A stretch of 64,000 nucleotides of DNA from a virus (taxonomy: Duplodnaviria > Caudoviricetes): positions 32,001 through 96,000 of IMG/VR virus record IMGVR_UViG_2585428004_000001. One strand, 5' to 3'. Within the stretch, counting starts at the first letter, position 1; every line of letters starts with the position of its first letter. Below, piece by piece: positions 27,552-36,435 of this stretch. The position numbers were made by a program, and so were the translations under genes. Under the pieces are notes generated by a model that saw nothing but the letters and a program-made list of their open reading frames with translations, was not told the origin of the DNA and made no database searches.

Positions 27552-28121
27552 GTGAGTCGATTCTTAATCAACTATGATGAATTACCCATTTCAGTAAATA
27601 ACTATATTAAACCGAGTGCAAGTGTTATAGGCGGTAAGGCAATCGTGCATATGTACGAAACAAGAGAGAGCAAGGATTGGAAAAAGAGATTCCAAGCTTA
27701 TTTAAAGCGAGAAGTAGTTAAGCAGAAATGGGATAAGGATTCAACATCAAAAGGACATTGGTATCTAGACTGCGTATTCTATCAAGCTAGAACCAATCAA
27801 GATAATAATAACTATTATAAAATTCTATGTGATGCTCTTAGTGGCATTGCAATAGAAGATGACAAGAATATCTTGGTTCGAACACAACGAATATTCTACG
27901 ATTCGAAACAGCCAAAATTCGTTGCTGTATTGAGGCAAGTTGACTATAGAGGCGTATGGAAAGATGAGGAACACTATTCTAAATTCTTTGCAGATAACTG
28001 TATGCAATGTAAGAAGAATCATGAGAAGTGTACGATTCTAAAGAAGGCAAAGGAAGGTCGTATACAGACTGAATTGAAACAAGAGAATATGTTCCAGACT
28101 TGTGAGAAAAGGAAGGTATAG
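27552..28121 (+). CDS. RusA-like Holliday junction resolvase
   Basis: PISVNNY, DNNNYYKILCDALSGIAIEDDK. Confidence 0.8.
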   Translation: MSRFLINYDELPISVNNYIKPSASVIGGKAIVHMYETRESKDWKKRFQAYLKREVVKQKWDKDSTSKGHWYLDCVFYQARTNQDNNNYYKILCDALSGIAIEDDKNILVRTQRIFYDSKQPKFVAVLRQVDYRGVWKDEEHYSKFFADNCMQCKKNHEKCTILKKAKEGRIQTELKQENMFQTCEKRKV

Positions 28122-28142
28122 TTCGTCTATAGCTTCCTTTTT
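28111..28142 (+). terminator. intrinsic terminator
   Basis: GGAAG.TATAG/CTATA.CTTCC stem plus T run. Confidence 0.65.
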
Positions 28143-28212
28143 ATTATTTACTTATTTACTGTAACACTGTATAATGGTTACATAAGACTTATACCATACA
28201 CGGAGGATATAT

Positions 28213-28710
28213 ATGAAGAAAAAGATACTGATAGGGATTTTAATTGTAATCGCTGTCATAGGGGTTACCCTTGGGTTCTTAGTGAACAAAGCAAGCAATA
28301 TGAAGAATGAATTTACAAGCTTTAGAGAAGAGTTGGATAAGGACTTCTTTCCATTAATAGAGGATACTCATACGTACTTTGAAATTGTAATCAAAAAAGG
28401 CGAGTCTCATGGATTGGAGAGTTGGTATATTACAGGGGATGGAATGACTGAAAACCTCAAATACAATACGAGAATAAAAGAGATAAGAGATAAAATTATA
28501 AACAAAGATATTGAGAATAAAGATGCACTTGAATTGAAGAAGAATGTTCTAAACACACTGTCCTTAACAGAGTCAGCTTTAAAGGATGTAAACACCTTCT
28601 ACAAAAATGAAAACTCTCATTTATTATGGGATAAATTAAACGAAGATTTGGATAAGTTAACCAAGAACATAGATGAACAGAACAAGATATTAGGAAAATA
28701 TTACAAATAG
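28213..28710 (+). CDS. membrane-anchored hypothetical protein (moron-like)
   Basis: N-terminal KKK plus TM helix; own TGnTATAAT-like -10 upstream. Confidence 0.75.
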   Translation: MKKKILIGILIVIAVIGVTLGFLVNKASNMKNEFTSFREELDKDFFPLIEDTHTYFEIVIKKGESHGLESWYITGDGMTENLKYNTRIKEIRDKIINKDIENKDALELKKNVLNTLSLTESALKDVNTFYKNENSHLLWDKLNEDLDKLTKNIDEQNKILGKYYK

Positions 28711-28731
28711 AAGTTAGTAAAGGAGCAAGTC

Positions 28732-29157
28732 ATGATAACTGAACACAAAATAAACATTGAACTAACAGAAGAAGTATATGAGACTTGTTCCCATGCGATA
28801 CAGACTAAGATGTGTTACAACAATGTGTTCAATGTCATGGGTTATTTCATGGATAAGTTTAGAAGTGGTGAGTGGAAAGTAGCATATGGTTATTACACTG
28901 TAATTGAAAACATCATGGCAAGACATGCTTTCATTGTGGTGACTGAAACTGGAGATGCTATTGACCCAACTGCTCCAACACTGTCATCTGGATATGAAGA
29001 TAGGAAGTATATCTCATTTGCATTACTAGATGTAGATGAGTATCTAGACCTTATAGGAAAAGAAGATAGAGAGCCTGCGCTTTACATGTCTCTAAGAGAG
29101 AAAGACAAGGAAGCACAAGAATGGGGTAGAGGACAAAACCTATTCATGTGTTCTTAA
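28732..29157 (+). CDS. hypothetical protein, possible transglutaminase/papain-like fold
   Basis: CYNN...RHAF...IDPT spacing of Cys, His and Asp. Confidence 0.6.
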   Translation: MITEHKINIELTEEVYETCSHAIQTKMCYNNVFNVMGYFMDKFRSGEWKVAYGYYTVIENIMARHAFIVVTETGDAIDPTAPTLSSGYEDRKYISFALLDVDEYLDLIGKEDREPALYMSLREKDKEAQEWGRGQNLFMCS

Positions 29158-29172
29158 TATAAAAATAAAAAG

Positions 29173-29201
29173 AAGAGGAGTCATTAAGACTTCTCTTTTT
29201 T
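29173..29201 (+). terminator. terminator ending the left arm
   Basis: AAGAGGAGTC/GACTTCTCTT stem plus T run. Confidence 0.8.
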
Positions 29202-29559
29202 GGCATTCGTACAATCGAAGTTTCCGCATCGATTGTACCCAATAGATTGTGTGTTTAGTGACACCGATTACCAGTATCTCTGATAAGGATTGTAACATTT
29301 AACTATTACCAATGTAAATATGTTTTTCATATTTGTGAACTTTTTTCAATCGTTATAGAAAATGCGTTCACAATTAATGTGATTTTAGTCACACATCATT
29401 GACAACATTTTCCATCACATCTCAAAAGACAAGAATACTTTTCATAAAGAGACATGATACTTGAAGCATTCAAGCTCAACAACATTTATAAAAATCCATT
29501 TCATCTCATAATTATGAGTAATGTTAAGTAATTGAGATGGGATTTTCTTACATTTTACA

Positions 29560-29587
29560 ACTGCCGATAATAAAGCTTATGTAAACT
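29560..29587. other. dif-like Xer recombination site
   Basis: ACTGCCGATAA TAAAGC TTATGTAAACT; 11-6-11 layout; right arm identical to the B. subtilis dif arm TTATGTAAACT. Confidence 0.8.
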
Positions 29588-29611
29588 AATTAAAAGTAAG
29601 TTCTAAAACAA

Positions 29612-29731
29612 AGTAAAAGCCTCCTGCGTTAACAGGAGACTGTTTTTATAATATGCATATTCTATTAATTGTTCAATTATCTAACTATCCCTAACCTTGC
29701 GCAACCAGAGCGTCCTCTGGTGAATCGATTC
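29612..29731 (-). ncRNA. putative orphan small RNA
   Basis: Minus-strand TTGTAT-17-TATAAT (29766-29738, TG-extended); terminator CTCCTG/CAGGAG plus T run near 29640-29614; no credible ORF. Confidence 0.45.
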
Positions 29732-29849
29732 CCAAACATTATATCATTTATGAGAGGAGTATACAATCCCCTTTTTACTGTATTAATCTTCCAGTGGTGG
29801 AGTGTGATATTTCTTGCAATGTTCAGAATAGACATGTTACAATTAGCAT

Positions 29850-29986
29850 ATAATAAAAAGAACTCGATGCGCTAACATCGAGCCTTCTTACAACTAATCA
29901 TAGCAGAGTGGTTAGTTCATCTAATAATTATTTGGAATCAGAAGAAGAACCATCGGCTTGGTCGGCAGAGTGGTTCTTTTTCTTTT
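29850..29986 (+). ncRNA. putative type I antitoxin antisense RNA
   Basis: TTGCAA-18-TACAAT (TG-extended) at 29814-29843; terminator AGAACCA...TGGTTCT plus T run; overlaps the 3' end of the toxin-like ORF. Confidence 0.55.
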
Positions 29987-30068
29987 CCTGTTTTTCTAGG
30001 AACTTCACTGTGATGAATTGTGTCACACCTCTAGTTATTCCTTCGATAATCCAGTTAAAGAAATCCAT
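29928..30068 (-). CDS. putative type I toxin peptide (46 aa; not in ORF track)
   Basis: RBS GGAGGTGA; MDFFNWIIEGITRGVTQFITVKFLEKQEKKKNHSADQADGSSSDSK; TGGTATAAT upstream; terminator 29883-29854. Confidence 0.65.
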   Translation of the reverse strand: MDFFNWIIEGITRGVTQFITVKFLEKQEKKKNHSADQADGSSSDSK

Positions 30069-30238
30069 ATAGGTCACCTCCCTTCTCTTAAATTACAAGA
30101 AAAGGTAGATAATCCTTCCACCCTGCCAAAAGTTGTTAATTAATTATACCATAATATACTAAGACGTACTAGATATTCCAAGACATTTAAGCGTATGGTA
30201 CAATAGTAACGATTCGTCATTTAGATTTAGTTCTACAC

Positions 30239-30270
30239 AAGAGCATCCTTTTGAGTCAAGGATGCTCTTG
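30239..30270. terminator. stem-loop between the TA locus and rap
   Basis: CAAGAGCATCCTT/AAGGATGCTCTTG. Confidence 0.6.
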
Positions 30271-30376
30271 AATTTACATAATATTCAGAAATATCTTGAA
30301 AAATAAAACTCCTCCTCTTCATATCTAAATTCTATTATATAATTGAAGAAAAACATATATGGATGAGGAGGATACT

Positions 30377-31471
30377 ATGAACGTTTCAGTCAAAGGGAAT
30401 GAACAGATTACTAATTTGTTAAACGACTGGTATGTAGAAATTCGTTCAAGGAATATTAACAGTGCTCACCGCTTAAAGTTAGAAATCGACAAAAAGATTG
30501 ATGATGTAGAAAATGACCAGTATCTACTATTATATTACTCTTTATTAGATTTTAGATATCAATATGTAATTGACAACCTAGGTGTCTCTGAAAATAGCTT
30601 TGATAAAATTGAATCCTTTGAAATTCCTACAGATAGCTTTCTATCCTATTATTATCATTTCTTTAAAGCAATTCATGCTAGTGGAATTGGCAACTACATG
30701 ATTGCGAGAGAGCATTTTGATAAGGCTGAGTTACTTTTAGAAACTATACCAGATGAAGTAGAAAAAGCTGAGTTTTATTATAAATTAGGAGCGTTTCATT
30801 TTGACATCTGCGAATCTCTTCAATCATTTAAGTACACAACTAAAGCGAAAGAGATGTTCTTACAACAAGGAAACTATGAGCGTAATATTGGTTTCTGCGA
30901 GAATCTTTTAGGAATGTCATGCGTTAGATTGAATGAATGGGCGTTGGCAGAGGAACATCTTGTTAAAGCAATGGATATATTCCAGAAGCTTAAAGAGGAT
31001 ACGTATATCTTGATGGTTCGCCACAACCTAGGATTTATGTATTCAAGTCAAAACCTTTCGGAATTAGCTATTAGATATTTGTCTGAGGTAACAAGTCAAA
31101 ATCCTAGACATATTAAAGCCCTGTACCTTGAATCCAAAGAACGCTACAAATTAAATGAATTAAACATTGCAGAAGAACTTGCCAATAAAGGGCATAGTAT
31201 TTGTTGTGAATTAGGAAACATAGAGTATAGACATCATTTCTCTATTCTCAGAAATCTTATTAAAGATACATCTGCAGAAGAGTTAGAGACTGTAGTTTTG
31301 GAAGGAGTTTCTTATTTCAAAGACGAAGAATTATATGATTATATCCAAGAAAACCAAGAATATTTAGCTACTAAGTTTTACAAGGAAGATAATCACCTTA
31401 AAGCAAGCAAATACTTCTACCTAAGTTCACAGGCACGGCACAAGTCTAAGGAAAGGGAGGCTTTAAAATGA
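30377..31471 (+). CDS. rap: Rap-family TPR regulator (response regulator aspartate phosphatase)
   Basis: LLNDWYVEIR, LLLYYSLLDFR, YYYHFFKA, EKAEFYYKLG, TPR repeats; RBS favours ATG 30377. Confidence 0.9.
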   Translation: MNVSVKGNEQITNLLNDWYVEIRSRNINSAHRLKLEIDKKIDDVENDQYLLLYYSLLDFRYQYVIDNLGVSENSFDKIESFEIPTDSFLSYYYHFFKAIHASGIGNYMIAREHFDKAELLLETIPDEVEKAEFYYKLGAFHFDICESLQSFKYTTKAKEMFLQQGNYERNIGFCENLLGMSCVRLNEWALAEEHLVKAMDIFQKLKEDTYILMVRHNLGFMYSSQNLSELAIRYLSEVTSQNPRHIKALYLESKERYKLNELNIAEELANKGHSICCELGNIEYRHHFSILRNLIKDTSAEELETVVLEGVSYFKDEELYDYIQENQEYLATKFYKEDNHLKASKYFYLSSQARHKSKEREALK

Positions 31472-31602
31472 AGAAAATAGCATTAGGCTTAATGGGCATT
31501 CTAACAGTTTTAACTATCACAGTTAGCGCTTATAGCTCAACAGATGGCACTCAGAACATAACTACTGTTATGAGAATGGAACACGGAGACCATGGCGGTT
31601 GA
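31468..31602 (+). CDS. phr: Phr-type secreted signalling pro-peptide (44 aa; not in ORF track)
   Basis: ATGA overlap with rap; MKKIALGLMGILTVLTITVSA signal peptide; C-terminus RMEHGDHGG. Confidence 0.88.
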   Translation: MKKIALGLMGILTVLTITVSAYSSTDGTQNITTVMRMEHGDHGG

Positions 31603-31609
31603 TAGCCCT

Positions 31610-31639
31610 AAAGCCACTCTTAATACTAAGAGTGGCTTT
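31610..31639. terminator. bidirectional terminator between rap-phr and the late arm
   Basis: AAAGCCACTCTTA/TAAGAGTGGCTTT. Confidence 0.8.
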
Positions 31640-31669
31640 ATTTGTCTCGTGTCGTAAATTTTCAGAGGT

Positions 31670-32155
31670 CTATTTGGAAGATATATACTTTAGGAGATCA
31701 TACAATTGGTTAGGAGTCATATCGATTCCATAAGAACCACCTTTGATACATAACTCTTCTAGAACTCCTGCTTCTTCCAGAACAGCAAAGACCAGTTCAG
31801 AGCATATATAGTTATTAGGATTATTAAATCTATTCTTCCCTTTCAATCTCAATAACTTGCTAATCATGTACCAGATGATTTGCATGTAATCATACTTCTT
31901 ACCTACCATCTTTGAACCCATAGCAACTACCTTGCTTCTCTCTTCCTTATTGAGACCTAAGTCAATTACTTCTATTATATTAAACTGAGTCTTATCAAAT
32001 GGAACGATAGCTACTCTTGTATCAAAGTCAGCTTCTAAAATATGAGTTCCAGACATAGCAATTGCCACATGACTGAATGTTCCCTTGTCAAATAATCTAA
32101 CAGCTTTTGATATAAAGCTTTTACCTTGTAAAAATACTACGTCACCTTGTTTCAC
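31670..32155 (-). CDS. permuted papain-like NlpC/P60 enzyme (YaeF/YiiX, C92-like)
   Basis: GDVVF, FSHVAI, GKKYD, YICSELV (His before Cys). Confidence 0.82.
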   Translation of the reverse strand: MKQGDVVFLQGKSFISKAVRLFDKGTFSHVAIAMSGTHILEADFDTRVAIVPFDKTQFNIIEVIDLGLNKEERSKVVAMGSKMVGKKYDYMQIIWYMISKLLRLKGKNRFNNPNNYICSELVFAVLEEAGVLEELCIKGGSYGIDMTPNQLYDLLKYISSK

Positions 32156-32180
32156 TTGGATATCTCCCTTCTATACAAAT

Positions 32181-32210
32181 AAATGGAGAGGCGCATTCAC
32201 CTCTCCATTT
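32181..32210 (-). terminator. stem-loop/terminator
   Basis: AAATGGAGAGG/CCTCTCCATTT. Confidence 0.6.
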
Positions 32211-32226
32211 CAATGGTTTCGTTTTA

Positions 32227-32508
32227 TTATTTGCGCTTACGATACTTTAGCAATAGCATGAATTCAGTTGTACATAGGCTTAATGCAATCGTATTTGTAA
32301 TCATAAATGCTCCTGCTGTGTGTAGCACGAACCACATATAGATAGCATAAGATTCCATGAACGCTACTCCAAGGCAGATAGAACCTAAGTACATGACACT
32401 GAAATCATCTACTGATTTTGTTTTAATGAATTTAATGATTTGAGGAATATATCCAAAACTTAGGATTAGTCCTCCGATTAGCTGTAAAATGTTGAATAGT
32501 TCTGTCAA
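32227..32508 (-). CDS. PQ-loop (SemiSWEET-like) 3-TM membrane protein
   Basis: YIPQIIKFIKTKSVDDFS; three hydrophobic segments. Confidence 0.8.
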   Translation of the reverse strand: MTELFNILQLIGGLILSFGYIPQIIKFIKTKSVDDFSVMYLGSICLGVAFMESYAIYMWFVLHTAGAFMITNTIALSLCTTEFMLLLKYRKRK

Positions 32509-32585
32509 ATTAATTCTCCTCTGCTATATCATGATGAATGGGTATGAGCATGGCTTTAGCCACACTCATATAAGTTTATTTCTTA

Positions 32586-33608
32586 TTACTTTACAGTTAC
32601 GAACTCTGGGTTAGCAGTGATGTAGAAGTATGCACATTTGTACATCTTAGAACCATTAACAGTTAACTCTTCAAGGATTGTAAATGCATCACCTTGTTTA
32701 ACAATCTTCTCTTTAGCGTTCCAGTCTGGAGCAGAGTATACCCATAATTCTGGTGTAGTTACCACAACTAATCGACCTACATTGCTAAGCTGTCTACGAG
32801 CAAAACGAAGGAATGAAGAGTCATTCTTAACCCAAGAGTTACCTAGGTTCAGCCAACCATCTTGCTCTGCCCACACTACATAAGAATCTGGTTTATTTAG
32901 TTGACGAATGATTTCGCCACTTGTGCTTGGAGTCTTGCGAAGGTTAACACCAGTTCCAGTGATATAAGCAATACCTAATCCTTGAGTTCCTGCATCACCA
33001 TTGTCTACTGGAGGAGTTACCGTTCCGCCACCTACTGTTCCACCGCCAGAAGTTCCACCGCTGTAGTTAACTCCCAAGTAAGCGCAAATAGCTTTTGTGT
33101 AAGCCTTAGCTAGTAATCGCAACACTTCATCCTTACGAATGTGAGTCATATCTGTTGCATTATCAATGAATCCATTCTCTGTTAATACCGCAGGCATTCC
33201 AGTTTCACGAAGTACAGCATAGTTAGCTGTTTTAATTCCTCGGTCTTTGAATCCTAGAGGTTTTAACACTTTCATACCTTCAGCATGAACTAAATCTTGT
33301 AATCGATTTGTACTTGCATCGTTACGGTTGTATACGAATGTCTCGTAACCTGTACCGCCACCAGAGTTCAAGTGATTTGAAATAAACACTTTCGCTCCAT
33401 GAGCATCAGCTTTATCAGCACGAGCAGATAATTCTACGAAGAAGTCTGAATTACGAATTAAAAGTGTTGAAACACCATTTGCTCGTAGTTCTTCGTCCAT
33501 CATTAGAGTAAGTTTTAATGCACGTTCTTTTTCTAGCAATCCATTACCAACTGCACCAGAATCTTTGCCACCATGTCCTGCATCTAAAGCTACTAAATTG
33601 TTTGTCAT
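32586..33608 (-). CDS. endolysin, N-acetylmuramoyl-L-alanine amidase (Amidase_3) with SH3b-like cell-wall-binding domains
   Basis: DAGHGGKDSGA, E, FISNHLN, AVLTENGFIDN; Gly-rich linker; VNLRKTPS. Confidence 0.92.
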   Translation of the reverse strand: MTNNLVALDAGHGGKDSGAVGNGLLEKERALKLTLMMDEELRANGVSTLLIRNSDFFVELSARADKADAHGAKVFISNHLNSGGGTGYETFVYNRNDASTNRLQDLVHAEGMKVLKPLGFKDRGIKTANYAVLRETGMPAVLTENGFIDNATDMTHIRKDEVLRLLAKAYTKAICAYLGVNYSGGTSGGGTVGGGTVTPPVDNGDAGTQGLGIAYITGTGVNLRKTPSTSGEIIRQLNKPDSYVVWAEQDGWLNLGNSWVKNDSSFLRFARRQLSNVGRLVVVTTPELWVYSAPDWNAKEKIVKQGDAFTILEELTVNGSKMYKCAYFYITANPEFVTVK

Positions 33609-33720
33609 AAAATCTCCTTCTCTTGCCTTCTGGCAAGCTTTTATTTTTATATATATAATGGAAGAAACTCGATTGGAGAACCCTCATTAATATCAATCAT
33701 TGCAATGGTTTTGTTTAATG

Positions 33721-34362
33721 TTATTTTGTATAAGTGATGCGTAGTTTTGGGGCTAAGCTTCCATCCCACATACCACTAAATATTCCATAGTATTCTCCTG
33801 CTCCACTATTAGCAAAGACAGAGACACCTTTGTAATATCCATCTCTTATACCTGCTCCTAATGAGTTAGGTAGTGTAATCCATTGGGACTGTCCACGAGA
33901 TGTAAACTTCTGTGTTTTAGCCCCATACTCAGAATGACTAAATAAGTCTGGTTCATTTGCGTGATTATGATAGCCGACATACAGCGTACCGCCTGCGTAA
34001 TAATACCAGTGTTCATTATGAAGGAATAACTCTACTCTATCGATTCTAGCACCTTGAAGTTCATCTTTGATTCTAGAACCATTATCGAATCCAATTAAAG
34101 ACCTCATAATTCCCCAAGGTTCATAAACATATCGACCTTGGCAAATCTTATCGGCACGATAGTCAGTTCTTCGTGTGCCTGCTTCACGATAAGTTTGAGT
34201 GAATGAACAGTCCCAAGTCTTAGATTGCTGTTGATTACTTATATTATTCCATCCTTGACCATTGGATGTCTTAACATCTGCGTTAATCCAACTCGAACCA
34301 TTGTATTTTTTTACACTGGCATCTATCCAGTTAGAACCATTCCATTTCTTTACTTTTCCCAT
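33721..34362 (-). CDS. minor tail/fibre-associated protein
   Basis: VKKWNGSNW repeats; structural operon. Confidence 0.65.
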   Translation of the reverse strand: MGKVKKWNGSNWIDASVKKYNGSSWINADVKTSNGQGWNNISNQQQSKTWDCSFTQTYREAGTRRTDYRADKICQGRYVYEPWGIMRSLIGFDNGSRIKDELQGARIDRVELFLHNEHWYYYAGGTLYVGYHNHANEPDLFSHSEYGAKTQKFTSRGQSQWITLPNSLGAGIRDGYYKGVSVFANSGAGEYYGIFSGMWDGSLAPKLRITYTK

Positions 34363-34375
34363 CTAATGCCCCTTC

Positions 34376-35737
34376 CTACACTTGAATCCAAACATCCCCA
34401 ACGGAAGCACCAGAAGGAGCATCTGAACGAATGTGAAGTCTCTTTCCTTGGATTTTGATTTGATTAAAGAAGTGAACAGAAGATTCATTTCTATCGGTTG
34501 CAAAGAAGAATCTATCATTGTGCCAGTCATATAGTCCCATTTGTCTTGTATTGTTATTCATATAAAAGCCCATACCTCTGTCGTTATCATCCGCTCTAAA
34601 CTTAAGGTCAGTCTCTTTTGTTTTACTATTGAACTCCATTCCATGTTCAGAAGTGATTACTCCATCGTATCGAACTTTCATATCTCCATAGTATTGTGAG
34701 CGCATAACCAAGCTACCACTCTCGTTAACGAATACACGACCAATTTCACCATTTCCACCTTCTGCGAATACAAGGTCTCCAGAGTTCATAGAACCTGCAG
34801 GCGCACGAAGGATAATATCTTTACCTTGTGTCATGATAAGATTTTCTTTAAAGTTAGGTTCTACATCGACTCTAGCAAATGAACTAGCTTGAAGTCCATC
34901 TAATTTATCAGCATCTAATCCACTTTCTGCACCAACGTTTCCTGTGTGCCATACTGAATGGTTATATTCTCCATCATTAAAAATCAGCATCTTCTTTGTG
35001 TTGGTGTGGATAATTGTTTTTGCCTTTGTGTCACCAAGAACAACATCATTGCTTGTAGTAACTTTACCAATGTTCAAGTCAGTTCCACCAGTATTTTTAC
35101 CAAAGAATGACTTGTTGTTTGCTACAGAAACACTACCTGTTAATGAGCCACCAGACAACTTAAGATAAGAACTATCATGATTATGACTAGTCATATCTGA
35201 TTTAAGCTTAGCGATATCTGCATCATTAGAAGTTACTTGAGTCTGAAGACCATCTACTTCTGTTTGAACCTCATTCACTGCATTTACAATGCTAGTTTTT
35301 ACAGTAGTTTTTAAGCTTGTCAATGAACCAACATTCTTGTTGATATCAGCAATTGCATCATTTGTTGCTTTGCCGCCTGCACTCCATGTACCAATTGTAG
35401 AACCTACGATTGCCCTTTGATGAGTATCGTTTCCTGTGTGGTCATAGAAAGTTTGTAGAACAACTGTGTCAACAGTATCTACTTTCATAAGATATACTGT
35501 CGTAGCTACCATACCAGATGGAGCATTTGTACATCCTTTAACACGATATAAGCCATTGTCTTTAATCGTGTTTAGATTAATACCTTGTAACAGTTTACCT
35601 TTAAGGAACATTTCATCAAAATCTGATACGATGCCACTAGCACCCATGATTTTAACTTGTCCTGCTTGCGTTTCATAGTGGAAAGTATCATAGTCTGTTC
35701 CATTATGAAAATTTGCTCTTGTTTTCTTGATTGCCAA
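34376..35737 (-). CDS. tail fibre protein
   Basis: gp37/pyocin-knob-like NLNTIKDNGLY..NAP, YLKLSGGSLTG, GLDADKLDG, GDVWIQV. Confidence 0.8.
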   Translation of the reverse strand: MAIKKTRANFHNGTDYDTFHYETQAGQVKIMGASGIVSDFDEMFLKGKLLQGINLNTIKDNGLYRVKGCTNAPSGMVATTVYLMKVDTVDTVVLQTFYDHTGNDTHQRAIVGSTIGTWSAGGKATNDAIADINKNVGSLTSLKTTVKTSIVNAVNEVQTEVDGLQTQVTSNDADIAKLKSDMTSHNHDSSYLKLSGGSLTGSVSVANNKSFFGKNTGGTDLNIGKVTTSNDVVLGDTKAKTIIHTNTKKMLIFNDGEYNHSVWHTGNVGAESGLDADKLDGLQASSFARVDVEPNFKENLIMTQGKDIILRAPAGSMNSGDLVFAEGGNGEIGRVFVNESGSLVMRSQYYGDMKVRYDGVITSEHGMEFNSKTKETDLKFRADDNDRGMGFYMNNNTRQMGLYDWHNDRFFFATDRNESSVHFFNQIKIQGKRLHIRSDAPSGASVGDVWIQV

Positions 35738-35766
35738 GGCAAAGTCATCTCCTTTTGTTTAGTCTT

Positions 35767-36150
35767 CTATTCTATTTCAAATACAACATGAATTTCTTGT
35801 TGCAATTCCTCATCCCATAACTGTTCAATAGAACTTACGATTCTATCCTCTACAGTGTCATAGATATGGAACATATCTCTATTAGTAGAAGAGATTACTC
35901 CTTGAACAATCTTTTGAGACTTTGTATTAGAAATATCTTGAACGATTACGATATCATTTTTCCCGATGTAAGAAGATAAGTTCTGAGGTATAATACAATC
36001 AGAATTACTTCCATTAATCTCGACAATCGCTTGAAGACCATTGACCTCTATTACTATTCCAGTAAATGACTTTGTGAAGTTTATATTTTTTAGCCTCTCG
36101 CCTGCTAATATCTGAATAGATTCTATAAGACTTTGTTGAACATCATTCAT
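35767..36150 (-). CDS. small baseplate/tail protein (OB-fold-like)
   Basis: Paralogue of the upstream gene. Confidence 0.65.
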   Translation of the reverse strand: MNDVQQSLIESIQILAGERLKNINFTKSFTGIVIEVNGLQAIVEINGSNSDCIIPQNLSSYIGKNDIVIVQDISNTKSQKIVQGVISSTNRDMFHIYDTVEDRIVSSIEQLWDEELQQEIHVVFEIE

Positions 36151-36422
36151 GTAGTTTCACCAATTTTACACTGAACAAACTTATGTGTATTGTCATTGTA
36201 TAAATCCTGTACAACTACAATGTCTCCAACCTTAATCTGTGTATGCATATGTTCAAGTAGCTTGCACTCTGTGTCACTACCATAAACTTCTACAGTACAA
36301 TCAAATCCATTCACTTTCTTAACCTTCCCAACATGGGAGGAGGTGTAAGAGGTCTTGCTGAGTTTCTCACCAACAATAATGTCGATGGCTTCAAGTAAGC
36401 TGTCTTGAACACTCTTCTTCAT
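36147..36422 (-). CDS. small baseplate/tail protein (OB-fold-like)
   Basis: SLLEAIDIIV...G.V..VNG...GDIVVVQD shared with the next gene. Confidence 0.65.
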   Translation of the reverse strand: MKKSVQDSLLEAIDIIVGEKLSKTSYTSSHVGKVKKVNGFDCTVEVYGSDTECKLLEHMHTQIKVGDIVVVQDLYNDNTHKFVQCKIGETT

Positions 36423-36435
36423 CCTCTACACCGCC

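Noticed and set aside
29669-29875. Track ORF of 68 aa
   Set aside because: No RBS; it runs across two divergent promoters and is better explained as non-coding
30377-31602. Arbitrium AimR/AimP
   Set aside because: The N-terminal Rap signature and Phr-like GDHGG ending fit Rap-Phr better; no aimX-like arrangement downstream
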